Shown here: positions 1-10,180 of the stretch, in pieces
How the letters are laid out: the number at the start of each line of letters is the position of its first letter
Position numbering within the stretch: position 1 is the first letter of the stretch
Assembly: GCA_011364905.1 (NCBI GenBank)
Contig: RDNZ01000025.1
Location: 1-42,605 of the forward strand
DNA from: Candidatus Thorarchaeota archaeon
GTDB taxonomy: Archaea; Asgardarchaeota; Thorarchaeia; Thorarchaeales; Thorarchaeaceae
Direction: 5' to 3'
Length of the DNA stretch: 42,605 nucleotides
The notes under the pieces: model-generated
Database searches by the model: none
What the model saw: only the letters and a program-made list of their open reading frames with translations
Told to the model about the DNA's origin: nothing
Translations under genes and position numbers: made by a program

Positions 1-425
1 CATAGTTTAGAGGCATCCCTGATTTCGACAACATTGTCATTGATCCATAGATACACAGGGGCATCAGCTTTCCCCTGAAAGACGACCGCAGCAAACCCGG
101 CTCGTCTAAGCTGGGCACCAAAGTATCCTCCTGCGTGCGAGTCAAATATTGTTCCCGTAGCAGGCGACTTCGTGACGACAACAAATCTTCCCGCGGTGGG
201 GACACTTGTTGCTGTTGAAGGGCCAACTGCAAACACAAGCAAGTTGTCTGGTGAAAGAGCATCTGTTCCTGGAGCAAGGTTGTCGAAGAGGAGTTTGACT
301 CCCAGTCCTCTGCCTCCAAGATACTGCTTGTACAGAGCTGGAGGAATGGGCTCTCGGCGAATAGTCCTATCGCTAAGGGAAACGTACAGAATTGGGGCGT
401 TTTCATAGAGTGAAGATTGTGACAG
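1..425 (-). CDS. aor: Tungsten-containing aldehyde:ferredoxin oxidoreductase family protein, N-terminal part (runs off the window)
   Basis: Not in the ORF track. Manual minus-strand translation gives ...YKQYLGGRGLGVKLLFDNLAPGTDALSPDNLLVFAVGP...VTKSPATGTIFDSHAGGYFGAQLRRAGFAAVVFQGKADAPVYLWI, the typical AOR N-terminus. Probable CTG start at 425 with a GGAGG SD overlapping the deoC stop. Confidence 0.9.
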   Translation of the reverse strand, partial: MSQSSLYENAPILYVSLSDRTIRREPIPPALYKQYLGGRGLGVKLLFDNLAPGTDALSPDNLLVFAVGPSTATSVPTAGRFVVVTKSPATGTIFDSHAGGYFGAQLRRAGFAAVVFQGKADAPVYLWINDNVVEIRDASKL

Positions 426-437
426 TTTTTGTGCCTC

Positions 438-1259
438 CTAATCAGTGAATACATTATGGACTTTGTCAGGACAGGTAAGACAACGCTCTTTGTACCACTT
501 GTAGACCTCTTTGGGCTGTTTCGCCATGTTTGCCATTCGACTTGGACATGTCCAACAAGGCTTGTCAGGCGCCATCCATGAGTCACTGTACTGTGCCCAT
601 CTGAAGTCCTCAACTATTGCAACTCCAGAACTAGTTCCAAGACGATCGGCGCCCGCATCTATAAGGCGTATAGCGTCTTTGAACGAACGAATTCCCCCTG
701 CAGCCTTGACTCCCATCTTATCACCAACAGTTTCTCGCATCAGTTTAACATCGTAAGGTGTGGCACCCATTGGTCCAAATCCGGTTGATGTTTTGACATA
801 ATTGGCGCCGGCCTCCATGCAGATGAGACACGCCTTTCGCTTCTGATCGTCTGTGAGAAATCCGGTTTCAAGGATGACCTTGACATGTGCATCTCCAGAG
901 GCCCCAACGACTCCCTCAATATCACGTTTAACAAGATCGTAGTTCTCATCCCTCAACGCTCCAATATTCATGACCATATCAACCTCCTGAGCTCCTGCCT
1001 TTACAACTTCAGCTGCTTCATAGGCTTTTACCTCAGGAATCGTTGCGCCAAGTGGGAATCCCACAACAACACACACTTTCACGTCAGTGTCCTTTAGAAG
1101 CTCTGCCGCATATGCAGTATGAAAAGGATTGATGCAGACCGCTCCAAATTCGTAGATTTCAGCCTCTTCGCACAGCTGTTTGATCTTCGCGGTCTTTGCT
1201 TCTGGTTTAAGGACTGTATGATCAATCATCTTTGCTAGTTTTTCCGCAGTAAGGTCCAT
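438..1259 (-). CDS. deoC: Deoxyribose-phosphate aldolase with Cys-rich C-terminal extension
   Basis: IDHTVLKP, VVGFPLGA, EVDMVMNIG, KVILETG, VKTSTGF (Schiff-base Lys), VKAAGGIR and RLGTSSG motifs. Confidence 0.96.
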   Translation of the reverse strand: MDLTAEKLAKMIDHTVLKPEAKTAKIKQLCEEAEIYEFGAVCINPFHTAYAAELLKDTDVKVCVVVGFPLGATIPEVKAYEAAEVVKAGAQEVDMVMNIGALRDENYDLVKRDIEGVVGASGDAHVKVILETGFLTDDQKRKACLICMEAGANYVKTSTGFGPMGATPYDVKLMRETVGDKMGVKAAGGIRSFKDAIRLIDAGADRLGTSSGVAIVEDFRWAQYSDSWMAPDKPCWTCPSRMANMAKQPKEVYKWYKERCLTCPDKVHNVFTD

Positions 1260-1328
1260 GGGGATGCCTCCGGATATGGAGATGCAACCCCTGACAGAAT
1301 AAACCCTTCGAATGCGTCAGAGAAACGT

Positions 1329-1670
1329 CTATCGTGAGCCTAGATATGACTTGATGTCGTCCAGAACCTCTTTTTGCAGTCTGATGACATCATGTACTTC
1401 GATTTCTTCTGCATCTTTCACGACAGAGTTGAGCTGGACAACTGTGCCAACAGCATCCACCTTTGAGAAATCAACAGGAAACTCCACTTCAGCGCCTTTT
1501 ACGATTAGTTCCGACCGTGTGGGATTGAGTGCTATTCTAATGCTTCTTACAATACCGATTCTTCTGGCTCTGTTGTCCAGAACTTCCTTCCCCAACAGTC
1601 TTCCGGGCATGCTAAGCTCATATAGCTCTGCTTCGACACTGGGCATAGCTTCCTTTGTCGTGGTAGTCAT
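1329..1670 (-). CDS. PRC-barrel domain protein
   Basis: LLGKEVLDNRARRIGIVRSI...FPVDFSKVDAVGTVVQL fits the PRC-barrel pattern; GGAG SD upstream. Confidence 0.8.
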   Translation of the reverse strand: MTTTTKEAMPSVEAELYELSMPGRLLGKEVLDNRARRIGIVRSIRIALNPTRSELIVKGAEVEFPVDFSKVDAVGTVVQLNSVVKDAEEIEVHDVIRLQKEVLDDIKSYLGSR

Positions 1671-1770
1671 TTCAACTTGGCTCCTTGCTCTACTTCTTCT
1701 GTTTGTAGGAGGCTTTTTACAGTGAGTATTATCACAGATAGCTGAAAACTATCTAGTCTATGAGGCTTAA

Positions 1771-4074
1771 TTGATGGCTGAAAGCGAAACCTTCGTGGAA
1801 GAACCAATGATACGCGAGAGAAGCGTGGTGTATAGAGCGTATCAGATCAATCTCTCAGAGATTGCAGCCAAAAAGAGCACAATGGTGGTTCTCAGTACTG
1901 GTCTAGGAAAGACTGTGATCGCAGCACTTGTGGCGGCAAAGCGCTTGGTGCAATATCCAGAATCAAAAATTCTCTTCTTGGCGCCATCAAGACCTCTGGT
2001 AGACCAACAAGCACGTTTCCTGAAAAAAGCGCTAGACCTTGACGAAGGTTTCGTTGTGTGTTTGACTGGACAGGACCCTCCAGATCAAAGACGGAACACA
2101 TGGAGCGAGTCTAAAGTAGTAGTGATGACGCCACAGGCGCTCCAAAATGATCTGATCCAGAGAAGCTATGATTTGAAAGATGTATCATTGATAGTCTTTG
2201 ATGAGGCTCATCGTGGCGTCGGAAATTATGCATATACTTTCATCGCAGAGCTCTATGAAAAACAGGGTATCAACAGAATCAGTCTTGGACTCACAGCCTC
2301 ACCGGGTCATCAGGCTGAACAGATCAGGGTGGTCTGTGAGAACCTCAGACTCTCGCATGTTGAGGTGAGAGATGAAAAGAGTAGGGATGTACGAGACTAT
2401 ATCATTTCAGTGGATACAGAGATGCAGTTCATAACAATACCTCCAGAGATTGAAGTCCTGAGAGATATTCTCTACTCAATAATCGATATCTATAGAGTTC
2501 CAGTGATAAATCAGGGATTCAATCTTCCAGACACAAGACGCATGACACGTAAGGAGATTCTGAGAACTCAAAGTGAGGTTAGGAAAGAGATAGGCTCATA
2601 CACCAAACCACCTCATGGACTCTATGTCGTCATCCGAAATCTTACTGCTTTACTACGACTCATTCACCTATTGGAGTTTGTAGGGACTCAAGGACTGACG
2701 CCAACTCAGAGATACATCCAAGGGGTCTACGAGGAGATACGAAACAAGAAAAGCTCGAAAGGTGTGAAAGACCTAGTGGCTAGGTCAGAGTTCAAGCAGT
2801 TTGAGAGTCTGTTGGGAGCTCTGATTGAAAAGGGACACAGACATCCTAAGGCTGATGCAATTCTAGAAATTGTAAGCGAGCAGCTATCGGTCGACCTTGA
2901 TTCACGCATTTTGATCTTCACTCGGTTTAGAGATACTGCAGCAGAAGTGAGCGAAACTCTAGAGCAACTGGAGGAGGCGCGAGTCAGTCGTTTTGTGGGA
3001 CAGAGTTCTCGTGGGTCTGACAAGGGATTCAGTCAGAAGAGGCAAGTCGAAATCCTTGAGGGTTTTCGAAACAACGAGTTCAATGTCCTAGTTGCAACAC
3101 AGGTGGGGGAGGAAGGTCTAGACATTCCGGAATGTAATCTGGTAGTGTTCTATGACTGCGTCCCTTCCGTTGTACCGTATATTCAACGGCGAGGCAGAAC
3201 CGGACGCCATGCCCCTGGAAGAGTTGTGATTTTTGTGGCCAAAGGAACTCACGATGAGTTCTACCATTGGAGTGTGATTAACAAATTGAAGAAAATGCCC
3301 TCGGCTCTTAAAGAGGCTGAGAAAGAAGAAGATGAGAAACAAACAAGCCTCGAGGAGTTTGCGAGTGAAGAAGAGGAGCAAGAATCTGAGCGGCTGGTTA
3401 GTGTAGCTCCAAAAAAGGAAGATCACATCCGACTCATCGTTGATTCCAGAGAACTTCCAACAGCTGTTGCTCGTGAACTCACAAGACTTGATATTGAGAT
3501 ATCGGGGGAGAGCCTTGAGATTGGTGACTATGTAGCATCGGAAGAAGTTGCTGTTGAACGGAAGGAAACGGGGGACTTCATTCAATCACTCATAGATGGT
3601 CGTCTCTTCGTTCAATTATCCGCTTTACGTTCAGCATACAGACGTCCAGTCCTCATTATCGAAGGTGAACAGATACTCGGACTACGAGCGGTGAATCCAG
3701 CTTCTATCTATGGTGCTCTTGCGTCAATTGCAGTCAGGATTCAGGTTCCAATCCTTTGGACACGTAATGCAGAAGAAACAGCCAATATCCTCTATAGGAT
3801 TGCACGACTCGAGCAAATAGAGTCCAGTAAACCACTACGAACTAGGTCAGGAGAAACAAAGGGAACAGATGCTGAAACTTTGGAGTATATTCTTTCAGGT
3901 TTCCCAGGAGTTGACACTGTGACCTCTAGAGCCATTCTGACAGAGTTTGGTACACTAGAGAAAATCTTCTCAGCTGACCAGAAAGACCTGCAAAAAGTGA
4001 AGGGCGTGGGACCAAAGATTGCTGGTCGTATCAAGCGTTTGTTGACCACAACATATCTCAGTTCTAAGGCTTAG
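1771..4074 (+). CDS. hef: Hef: SF2 DEAH helicase fused to XPF/ERCC4 nuclease and HhH (FANCM-like)
   Basis: STGLGKT, FDEAH, GLTASP, QRRGRTGR helicase motifs; VDSRE, GDY, ERKxxxD nuclease motifs; C-terminal KGVGPK HhH. Confidence 0.95.
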   Translation: MMAESETFVEEPMIRERSVVYRAYQINLSEIAAKKSTMVVLSTGLGKTVIAALVAAKRLVQYPESKILFLAPSRPLVDQQARFLKKALDLDEGFVVCLTGQDPPDQRRNTWSESKVVVMTPQALQNDLIQRSYDLKDVSLIVFDEAHRGVGNYAYTFIAELYEKQGINRISLGLTASPGHQAEQIRVVCENLRLSHVEVRDEKSRDVRDYIISVDTEMQFITIPPEIEVLRDILYSIIDIYRVPVINQGFNLPDTRRMTRKEILRTQSEVRKEIGSYTKPPHGLYVVIRNLTALLRLIHLLEFVGTQGLTPTQRYIQGVYEEIRNKKSSKGVKDLVARSEFKQFESLLGALIEKGHRHPKADAILEIVSEQLSVDLDSRILIFTRFRDTAAEVSETLEQLEEARVSRFVGQSSRGSDKGFSQKRQVEILEGFRNNEFNVLVATQVGEEGLDIPECNLVVFYDCVPSVVPYIQRRGRTGRHAPGRVVIFVAKGTHDEFYHWSVINKLKKMPSALKEAEKEEDEKQTSLEEFASEEEEQESERLVSVAPKKEDHIRLIVDSRELPTAVARELTRLDIEISGESLEIGDYVASEEVAVERKETGDFIQSLIDGRLFVQLSALRSAYRRPVLIIEGEQILGLRAVNPASIYGALASIAVRIQVPILWTRNAEETANILYRIARLEQIESSKPLRTRSGETKGTDAETLEYILSGFPGVDTVTSRAILTEFGTLEKIFSADQKDLQKVKGVGPKIAGRIKRLLTTTYLSSKA

Positions 4075-4760
4075 TAGACTCGGGGATTCCTCTCTTTACC
4101 CCTCGCATATGCTTCGCGGAGTGTGTCTGTAATCTTCTTAGTCAGATCCCAATATTCTTGGTAGTCCTTTTCGTCGAGTCGGACAACACTGAGAATACTA
4201 CGAAATAGCATGTACAATTTAGGGTCGAGCTCGTGAACTTGACAGAGTGTGTTCTTAGCGAATTCAAGCCCCTTGAGGCGGATCCTATCTCGTCTTGTCA
4301 TCTCCTCTGCGACTCTCTTCATCTCTTCCTCATTCTTGAGTACGAAACCCAGCTCTTTCATTATGCCGACGATATCCAATGTTCTGTCAAGGTTTCTGTC
4401 TGCATCCTCCGGAAGCTCGTCCATGTCTCCAGTCGCTATGAACACATTTTCTGCCGTAGCTCGCCAGAGCTTTTGCATGATGTGACTATTGCCGTTTCCA
4501 GCAGGTTCGTAGCCATCCTGCTCCACAAGTCCGCATTTCTCTAACTCTTTGATATGATATCTTACAGTCTGGGGCTTGATCTCCTTTTCTGGCTCCTGCT
4601 TTGAGAGAAAGTCAATGAGTTCGGAGGTGGACATTCTTCGGGCCCTCAGAGCATGTAGGATTTGCCTTCGACTCTCCTCACTAAGGACCTTATAGGCGTC
4701 AACTGCTTCTTCGCCGGTGAGGACCCTGATTGTGTCGATAGTTGTTGCCTCCTGATTCAG
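4071..4760 (-). CDS. ArsR-like winged-helix transcriptional regulator
   Basis: The frame stays open upstream of the track start (4634) through AYKVLSEESRRQILHALRARRMSTSEL to a CTG at 4760; PQTVRYHIKELEKCGLV is the recognition helix. Confidence 0.8.
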   Translation of the reverse strand: MNQEATTIDTIRVLTGEEAVDAYKVLSEESRRQILHALRARRMSTSELIDFLSKQEPEKEIKPQTVRYHIKELEKCGLVEQDGYEPAGNGNSHIMQKLWRATAENVFIATGDMDELPEDADRNLDRTLDIVGIMKELGFVLKNEEEMKRVAEEMTRRDRIRLKGLEFAKNTLCQVHELDPKLYMLFRSILSVVRLDEKDYQEYWDLTKKITDTLREAYARGKERNPRVY

Positions 4761-4816
4761 AACATCACTATCCTAGTACTATAAGCGTTGAGAAATGAAC
4801 AAAGTCATAGGTTGCT

Positions 4817-4850
4817 CGACAACTAATAGCCCTCAGGGCTACTAGTGTCG
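4817..4850. promoter_or_regulatory. Imperfect 34-bp palindrome (operator or terminator hairpin) between two HTH genes
   Basis: CGACA-ACTAA-TAGCCCT-C-AGGGCTA-CTAG-TGTCG. Confidence 0.5.
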
Positions 4851-4863
4851 GAATTTCGGTCGA

Positions 4864-5109
4864 TTATGCAGGCACATAAATCCATTGTCTCATGTCTTGG
4901 AGGCATGGAACGCGCTTGATTAGTTGTTTCTTCAAGAGTTTTCTAAGTGCATATCTGACAGTTCGTGGTGCAAAAGAAACCTTGTCTAGAAGCTGCTTAG
5001 GTGTAACGCCACCTTTGCCGCTGCTTCTAAGAATGTCGAGGACTATCATCTGACTCTTTGTGAGCTTCATAGTCTTGAGCTCTTCTTGAAGTTGTTGATC
5101 GCTCATCAT
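4864..5109 (-). CDS. Small MarR-like winged-helix DNA-binding protein
   Basis: LTKSQMIVLDIL...TPKQLLDKVSFAPRTVRYALRKLLKKQLIKRVPCLQDMRQWIY. Confidence 0.85.
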   Translation of the reverse strand: MMSDQQLQEELKTMKLTKSQMIVLDILRSSGKGGVTPKQLLDKVSFAPRTVRYALRKLLKKQLIKRVPCLQDMRQWIYVPA

Positions 5110-5376
5110 TTTGAATACTTTCCCATTATTGTTTGTTTTTTGATGAGGTTTTTCGTAGAAATTGCCTCATTCAACCAATCATTTGAACGTTAAAGTTACT
5201 TATTAATTTATCGCCGTCTGGAGTTGTATAACGCGGTGAATGGCTGCGAGAACTTAACGGTGTTAATATCTTTTCGATGATGATTTGACCTAAGTATCTC
5301 AACAATCTCAGCTGGGGGTACATTGGATTAACTGCGGGAAAGTCTTTAACTCTGAAGAACATGAGCAAGATGACAT

Positions 5377-6657
5377 ATGATGAAAAAGGCCGTCCTACTT
5401 GCAGCAGGCGATTCCAGGAGGATGCTTCCACTCTCAGCCAACCAGCCTAAACATCTATTACCGATAGCTGGAAAGCCTTTGATTTTTCATACTATAGAAG
5501 CATTGGAGAAGGCAGGGATTACTGAAACACTGATTGTCTATGGGTATCATGCTGAGAAACTTAGTAAAGCAGTTGAAACGCAGTCTTGGAAGATGAAGGT
5601 CTCATTCGTCAATCAAAAAGAACGAAAAGGAACCGCTCATGCTGCGGGCCACGCTAAGAAGTTCGTTGGAGAGGAAGATGCCATTCTGATGAATGGCGAT
5701 GTAATGGTTGGTCCTGGCACATTTGAGGGGCTCATTGAACTACACTTGAAGAAGAAATACGATATGACTCTCTCTGTCAAAAAGATTGAAGACCCAAGTC
5801 CATACGGTGTTGTAAAGGTTCAAAGAGGGAAGGCTAAGGCACTGATCGAAAAACCCGAGCCTGACCAAATGGTGAGTAACCTAGTGAATGCAGGAATATA
5901 TGCAGTAGGCAGCTCGATATGGGATGCGATAGATAAAACAGAGCTATCTCCACGAGGCGAGTATGAAATCACCGACTCGATCTCAATGCTCATAGAGAAA
6001 GGGAATGTTGGAGCGTTTTCCATGCCTTCCTGGTGGCTGGACATTGGCAAGCCTTGGGACCTATTGACCGCCAATGAACTGTATCTTGGCCAAATTAAAA
6101 GGCAAATTGATGGAACTATTGAGGATGGCGCAGTTGTGAAGGGTGATGCTGTCATTAAGGAGGGCACTCATGTGAGAAGCGGAGCCTATATTGAAGGTCC
6201 AGTCTTCATAGATAAGGAGTCTGTAATTGGACCAAACTGCTATATTAGACCATACACATCACTAGGCAAGAATGTCAAGATTGGGAATGCAGTGGAGATC
6301 AAGAATTCCATCATAATGGATGGTACCAATGTAGGTCATTTGTCCTATGTTGGAGACTCCATCATCGGACAGCACTCAAATTTTGGCGCCGGAACCATCA
6401 CTGCCAATCTGCGCCACGATAACCACTCGATATTTGCCACAGTCAAAGGAGAGCGTATAAACTCAGGAAGACGCAAACTCGGAGCGATAATCGGAGATGA
6501 CGTGAAGACTGGAATTGGCACCTCGATTAGTCCCGGCATTGTCCTGCATCAAGGTTCTCAGACTGGTATAGGTGTCATTGTCACACGGGACATTCCGCCC
6601 AACAAACTTGTGATTGCAAAACAAGGGCAATCCATAATGGATGCGGACCACCGATAG
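5377..6657 (+). CDS. glmU: Bifunctional sugar-1-phosphate nucleotidylyltransferase/acetyltransferase (archaeal GlmU type)
   Basis: AVLLAAG..RMLPL...PKHL, GTAHA, EKP, RGEYEITD; C-terminal hexapeptide repeats with HLSYVGDS and GAGTITAN. Confidence 0.92.
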   Translation: MMKKAVLLAAGDSRRMLPLSANQPKHLLPIAGKPLIFHTIEALEKAGITETLIVYGYHAEKLSKAVETQSWKMKVSFVNQKERKGTAHAAGHAKKFVGEEDAILMNGDVMVGPGTFEGLIELHLKKKYDMTLSVKKIEDPSPYGVVKVQRGKAKALIEKPEPDQMVSNLVNAGIYAVGSSIWDAIDKTELSPRGEYEITDSISMLIEKGNVGAFSMPSWWLDIGKPWDLLTANELYLGQIKRQIDGTIEDGAVVKGDAVIKEGTHVRSGAYIEGPVFIDKESVIGPNCYIRPYTSLGKNVKIGNAVEIKNSIIMDGTNVGHLSYVGDSIIGQHSNFGAGTITANLRHDNHSIFATVKGERINSGRRKLGAIIGDDVKTGIGTSISPGIVLHQGSQTGIGVIVTRDIPPNKLVIAKQGQSIMDADHR

Positions 6658-8197
6658 GAAGGAGGAACTTTTGGCACCCGAGAGATTACAGGAGTTCAAC
6701 ACTATTGTAAAAGACTCGAGTAAGGTCGATGTTCTGTTTGGATACTGTTATCCATCGACCTATCGAGCAGGGATGACAGGGCTAGTGTTACATATCCTTT
6801 ACGGGATTCTGAACTCTCGAGCTGATACCTCTTGTGAGAGATATTTTCGATACGATACAAAATCCCCCGCCCTCTCCGTAGAAAGCCAGAGACCATTGAG
6901 GGAAAACCATGTCTTAGGATTTTCTCTAACGTACGAAGAGGACATAATCAATCTAGTGCAGATGCTTGACTTTGGAGGTGTGCCAGTTCTCGCTGAGGAG
7001 AGAACTGAGAATGACCCACTAGTTGTAGTGGGGGGACCAGTTGTCACAGCAAATCCAGAGCCGTTTGTCGATTTCGTTGACTCCTTCGTCATCGGGGAAG
7101 GAGACTTAGTCATAAACGAGTTAGTGGATGCCGTTGCAACGGGACCCTCACGGAGAGAGGTCTTAGCGCGGTTTTCTGAGATTTCTGGATTCTATGTTCC
7201 AGCAATCCCAAAAACAAGTGTGAAACGAAACATCATCCTCGACCTAGACTCACTCGACTATCCACTTTCTCAAATTGTTCCGGATGTTGCAGAGGGCTCT
7301 CAGTTTGACCCCGTGTTCGGTAAGTCATTCCTTCTTGAGGTGACAAGGGGATGTGGTCACTCTTGTCGATTTTGTTTAATTGGACATGTTTGTCAACCAA
7401 GACGGACCAGAAGTCTATCAAAACTGAAAGAACTTGTTCAAAACGGAATAGGCAACACTCCTGTCAGTAAGGTCTCGATGATTGGCTCGTCACTGGGAGA
7501 CCTCGATGGACTTGAGGAACTCGTGTGCTGGACCGGAAACCAAGGGTTGGGCGTGTCTGTTCCGTCTCTGCGAGCCGACTCTGTGACTGAACCACTCCTC
7601 AATTGTCTGGTTAAGAGTGGTCAACGAACTCTTACAATCGCACCAGAAACAGGATCTACGGATTTGAGAAGACATATTGGCAAAGGCTTGAGCGACACTG
7701 ATATTGAGAGCGCAGTCGAGATGGCAGCACGCTGCGGTTACAACTCCCTGAAGCTATATTTCATCATTGGACTTCCTGGGGAAACTGATGATGATATCAC
7801 TGCCACTGTTGATATGATAGTGAAACTAGCAAAGACATCTGGTATGAAAGTCACTGCCAGTGTTAATCCCTTCATTCCAAAAGCCCAAACCAGGTGGGAG
7901 AGAGAACCTCAACCGTCAATCGGAGAGATTCGTAGAAGACTGAAAATTGTAGAGAGAGGAGTGAAAAAGGACTCAAGGGTCACAGTTGAGTCACTTGACC
8001 CGAGAAGTGCAAGAATACAAGCTGCACTTTCAATAGGGGATAGATCCTTGGGCAAAGTGATTCGAGCTGCTGCTAGATATGGTGGATATGGTGGGTGGCG
8101 TCGTGCAGAGAAAGAAACTGGGATTTCATTCCTAGATTTGGCTAGTGACACCGAGAGACTGCAAGAAGATTTGCCTTGGTCTTATTTACGAAACTGA
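6641..8197 (+). CDS. Radical SAM protein with N-terminal B12-binding-like domain
   Basis: EVTRGCGHSCRFC (CxxxCxxC), GGPVVTANPEP, IGEG, SLRAD, APETGS, YFIIGLPGET; overlaps the glmU stop. Confidence 0.88.
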   Translation: MRTTDRKEELLAPERLQEFNTIVKDSSKVDVLFGYCYPSTYRAGMTGLVLHILYGILNSRADTSCERYFRYDTKSPALSVESQRPLRENHVLGFSLTYEEDIINLVQMLDFGGVPVLAEERTENDPLVVVGGPVVTANPEPFVDFVDSFVIGEGDLVINELVDAVATGPSRREVLARFSEISGFYVPAIPKTSVKRNIILDLDSLDYPLSQIVPDVAEGSQFDPVFGKSFLLEVTRGCGHSCRFCLIGHVCQPRRTRSLSKLKELVQNGIGNTPVSKVSMIGSSLGDLDGLEELVCWTGNQGLGVSVPSLRADSVTEPLLNCLVKSGQRTLTIAPETGSTDLRRHIGKGLSDTDIESAVEMAARCGYNSLKLYFIIGLPGETDDDITATVDMIVKLAKTSGMKVTASVNPFIPKAQTRWEREPQPSIGEIRRRLKIVERGVKKDSRVTVESLDPRSARIQAALSIGDRSLGKVIRAAARYGGYGGWRRAEKETGISFLDLASDTERLQEDLPWSYLRN

Positions 8198-8305
8198 AAA
8201 TCGTGAAACAAGCGCCATCTTGACAAAGCTCTTAAGTCAATTCTGGGAAGTCACTCTTGAGATACGCTGTGGCCAACATTGGTCATGGTTGTCTGGTGAC
8301 GAAAA

Positions 8306-8650
8306 ATGTCTGAAGATGGTGACTTTCGGGAGGTATTTCCCTCGCTCAGTAAGGAACTTGAAGAGCGAACCACAAAGACATTGAAGATAGATGGTGTCCG
8401 GACAATGGCGGAGGAAACAGGTTCTACCAGAAACAAAGAAACATTCACACCGGATGTCGTGGACTACATTCGACGATGTGATACAGTGTCACAGGCCCTT
8501 GAGATAGTTGACTTTCTTGTGAAACAGAATGAGATTAGTCCATCACAAGCCAGAGAGATAAAAGGTCAACTAAAGGCCGATGGTCTCAGAAGCTTCGGGT
8601 CGAAGAAGGAAAAGGACCACTACCTCCATCATGGCATCGGCGAAGAGTAA
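8306..8650 (+). CDS. Conserved archaeal protein, DUF2095-like
   Basis: PDVVDYIRRCDT...ALEIVDFL...EIS...LRSFGSKKE..HY pattern. Confidence 0.75.
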   Translation: MSEDGDFREVFPSLSKELEERTTKTLKIDGVRTMAEETGSTRNKETFTPDVVDYIRRCDTVSQALEIVDFLVKQNEISPSQAREIKGQLKADGLRSFGSKKEKDHYLHHGIGEE

Positions 8651-8703
8651 TTTCCAGGTGTCCTAACAAGGGACATCGAGATGAACAAGTTTCACAACAT
8701 GGA

Positions 8704-10104
8704 TTAGTTGGGTTTGTAGACTCCTTTGTTACGAGCCCATGAAATTGTTTCTGGATCACATCGCTTGAGTTCACGTTCAGGGAAGTCACTGAGAAGGTTC
8801 CAGCCGATGTCAAGTGTTTGCTCAAATGACCGGTCTTCATACTCACCTTGGTTGATGAACTCAGCTTCAAACCGATCTGCGAACTTGAGATATTTCTGGT
8901 CTCGATCAGTAAGGGCTTCCGACCCTACCACTGCAACAAGGTCTCTGAGGTCACGACCTTCAGAGTAAGCATAATAGAGCTGTGCCTGGATTTCTTTGTG
9001 ATCAAACCGAGTCATACCCTCACCGATTCCTTCCTTCATCAGTCGACTAAGGGATGGTCCAGGGTCAATGGGTGGGAAGATACCTCGTCGGTGAAGCCCT
9101 CTTCCAACTATCATCTGGCCTTCAGTGATATATCCTGTGAGGTCAGGAATTGGATGTGTCATGTCATCCTGAGGCATGGATAAAATGGGCATCTGTGTGA
9201 TTGTCCCATTCCGACCATGGATACGACCAGCTCGTTCATAGATCAAGCTGAGATCGGTGTAAAGGTAGCCAGGATAACCACGACGACCCGGTACTTCTGA
9301 TCTTGCTGCACTAATCTCACGAAGAGCCTCTGCATAGTTTGTCATATCTGTAAGAAGAACGAGCACATGCATGTCAGCAGTATATGCTAAATACTCAGCA
9401 GCTGTTAAGGCAGCCCGTGGTGTGATGATGCGCTCAATGGCGGGGTCATCCGCAAGGTTCAGAAAGAGGGTTGTGTGTTCAAGAGCGCCTGTTTCCTCGA
9501 ACGACTGCATGAAGTATTGAGCTTCTGTGGCTGTGATACCCATGGCACCGAATACTATGGCAAAGTCGCTCTCCTCTCCAGGAATTTTTGCCTGTCTCAC
9601 AATCTGCGCCGCAAGCCTGTTGTGAGGAAGACCAGAACCCGAAAAGAGTGGGAGTTTCTGACCACGGACCAGTGTGTTGAGTCCATCGATAGCTGATACA
9701 CCAGTCTGTATCGGCTGCCGAGGATACTGCCTGGCATACGGATTGATTGGTGAACCATAGATGTCCCAATGGTCCTCCGCAGTTAGCGGTGGACCCTTAT
9801 CCAATGGATTGCCTGCTCCATCAAGAACTCTACCAAGAATCTCTGAGGATACTGGCAGCTTGAGTGTTTCACCTGTAAAGCGCACAGCAGTGACATCTGT
9901 ATCAAGGCCACTTGTTCCTTCGAAGACTTGGATAACTGCGCGTCCTTTGCCAGTCTCCAGAACGGTGCCTGTCAGCAATTCTCCTGACGGTGACCTGATC
10001 TTTACGACTTCGTTATATGCCACATCATGCGTGTTCTCAGCCACTAAGAGTGGGCCACTTACATCTGATACTGTTCTGTAGACGATTGAGGATGCTTTGC
10101 TCAT
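8704..10104 (-). CDS. atpB: A/V-type ATP synthase subunit B
   Basis: [46 protein letters not shown]; probable true start MSKASS at 10104. Confidence 0.97.
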   Translation of the reverse strand: MSKASSIVYRTVSDVSGPLLVAENTHDVAYNEVVKIRSPSGELLTGTVLETGKGRAVIQVFEGTSGLDTDVTAVRFTGETLKLPVSSEILGRVLDGAGNPLDKGPPLTAEDHWDIYGSPINPYARQYPRQPIQTGVSAIDGLNTLVRGQKLPLFSGSGLPHNRLAAQIVRQAKIPGEESDFAIVFGAMGITATEAQYFMQSFEETGALEHTTLFLNLADDPAIERIITPRAALTAAEYLAYTADMHVLVLLTDMTNYAEALREISAARSEVPGRRGYPGYLYTDLSLIYERAGRIHGRNGTITQMPILSMPQDDMTHPIPDLTGYITEGQMIVGRGLHRRGIFPPIDPGPSLSRLMKEGIGEGMTRFDHKEIQAQLYYAYSEGRDLRDLVAVVGSEALTDRDQKYLKFADRFEAEFINQGEYEDRSFEQTLDIGWNLLSDFPERELKRCDPETISWARNKGVYKPN

Positions 10105-10180
10105 GGGGAAACCGCCAAAGTATGTCTGTTGGTGCTTCGATGTCGTAAAATTGCCGAGTTTTAAGAGTTGCGAAGGACAT

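Noticed and set aside
5171-5431. 86-aa minus-strand ORF in the gap before glmU
   Set aside because: Overlaps the glmU start, lies in an AT-rich divergent promoter region and has no protein-like features.
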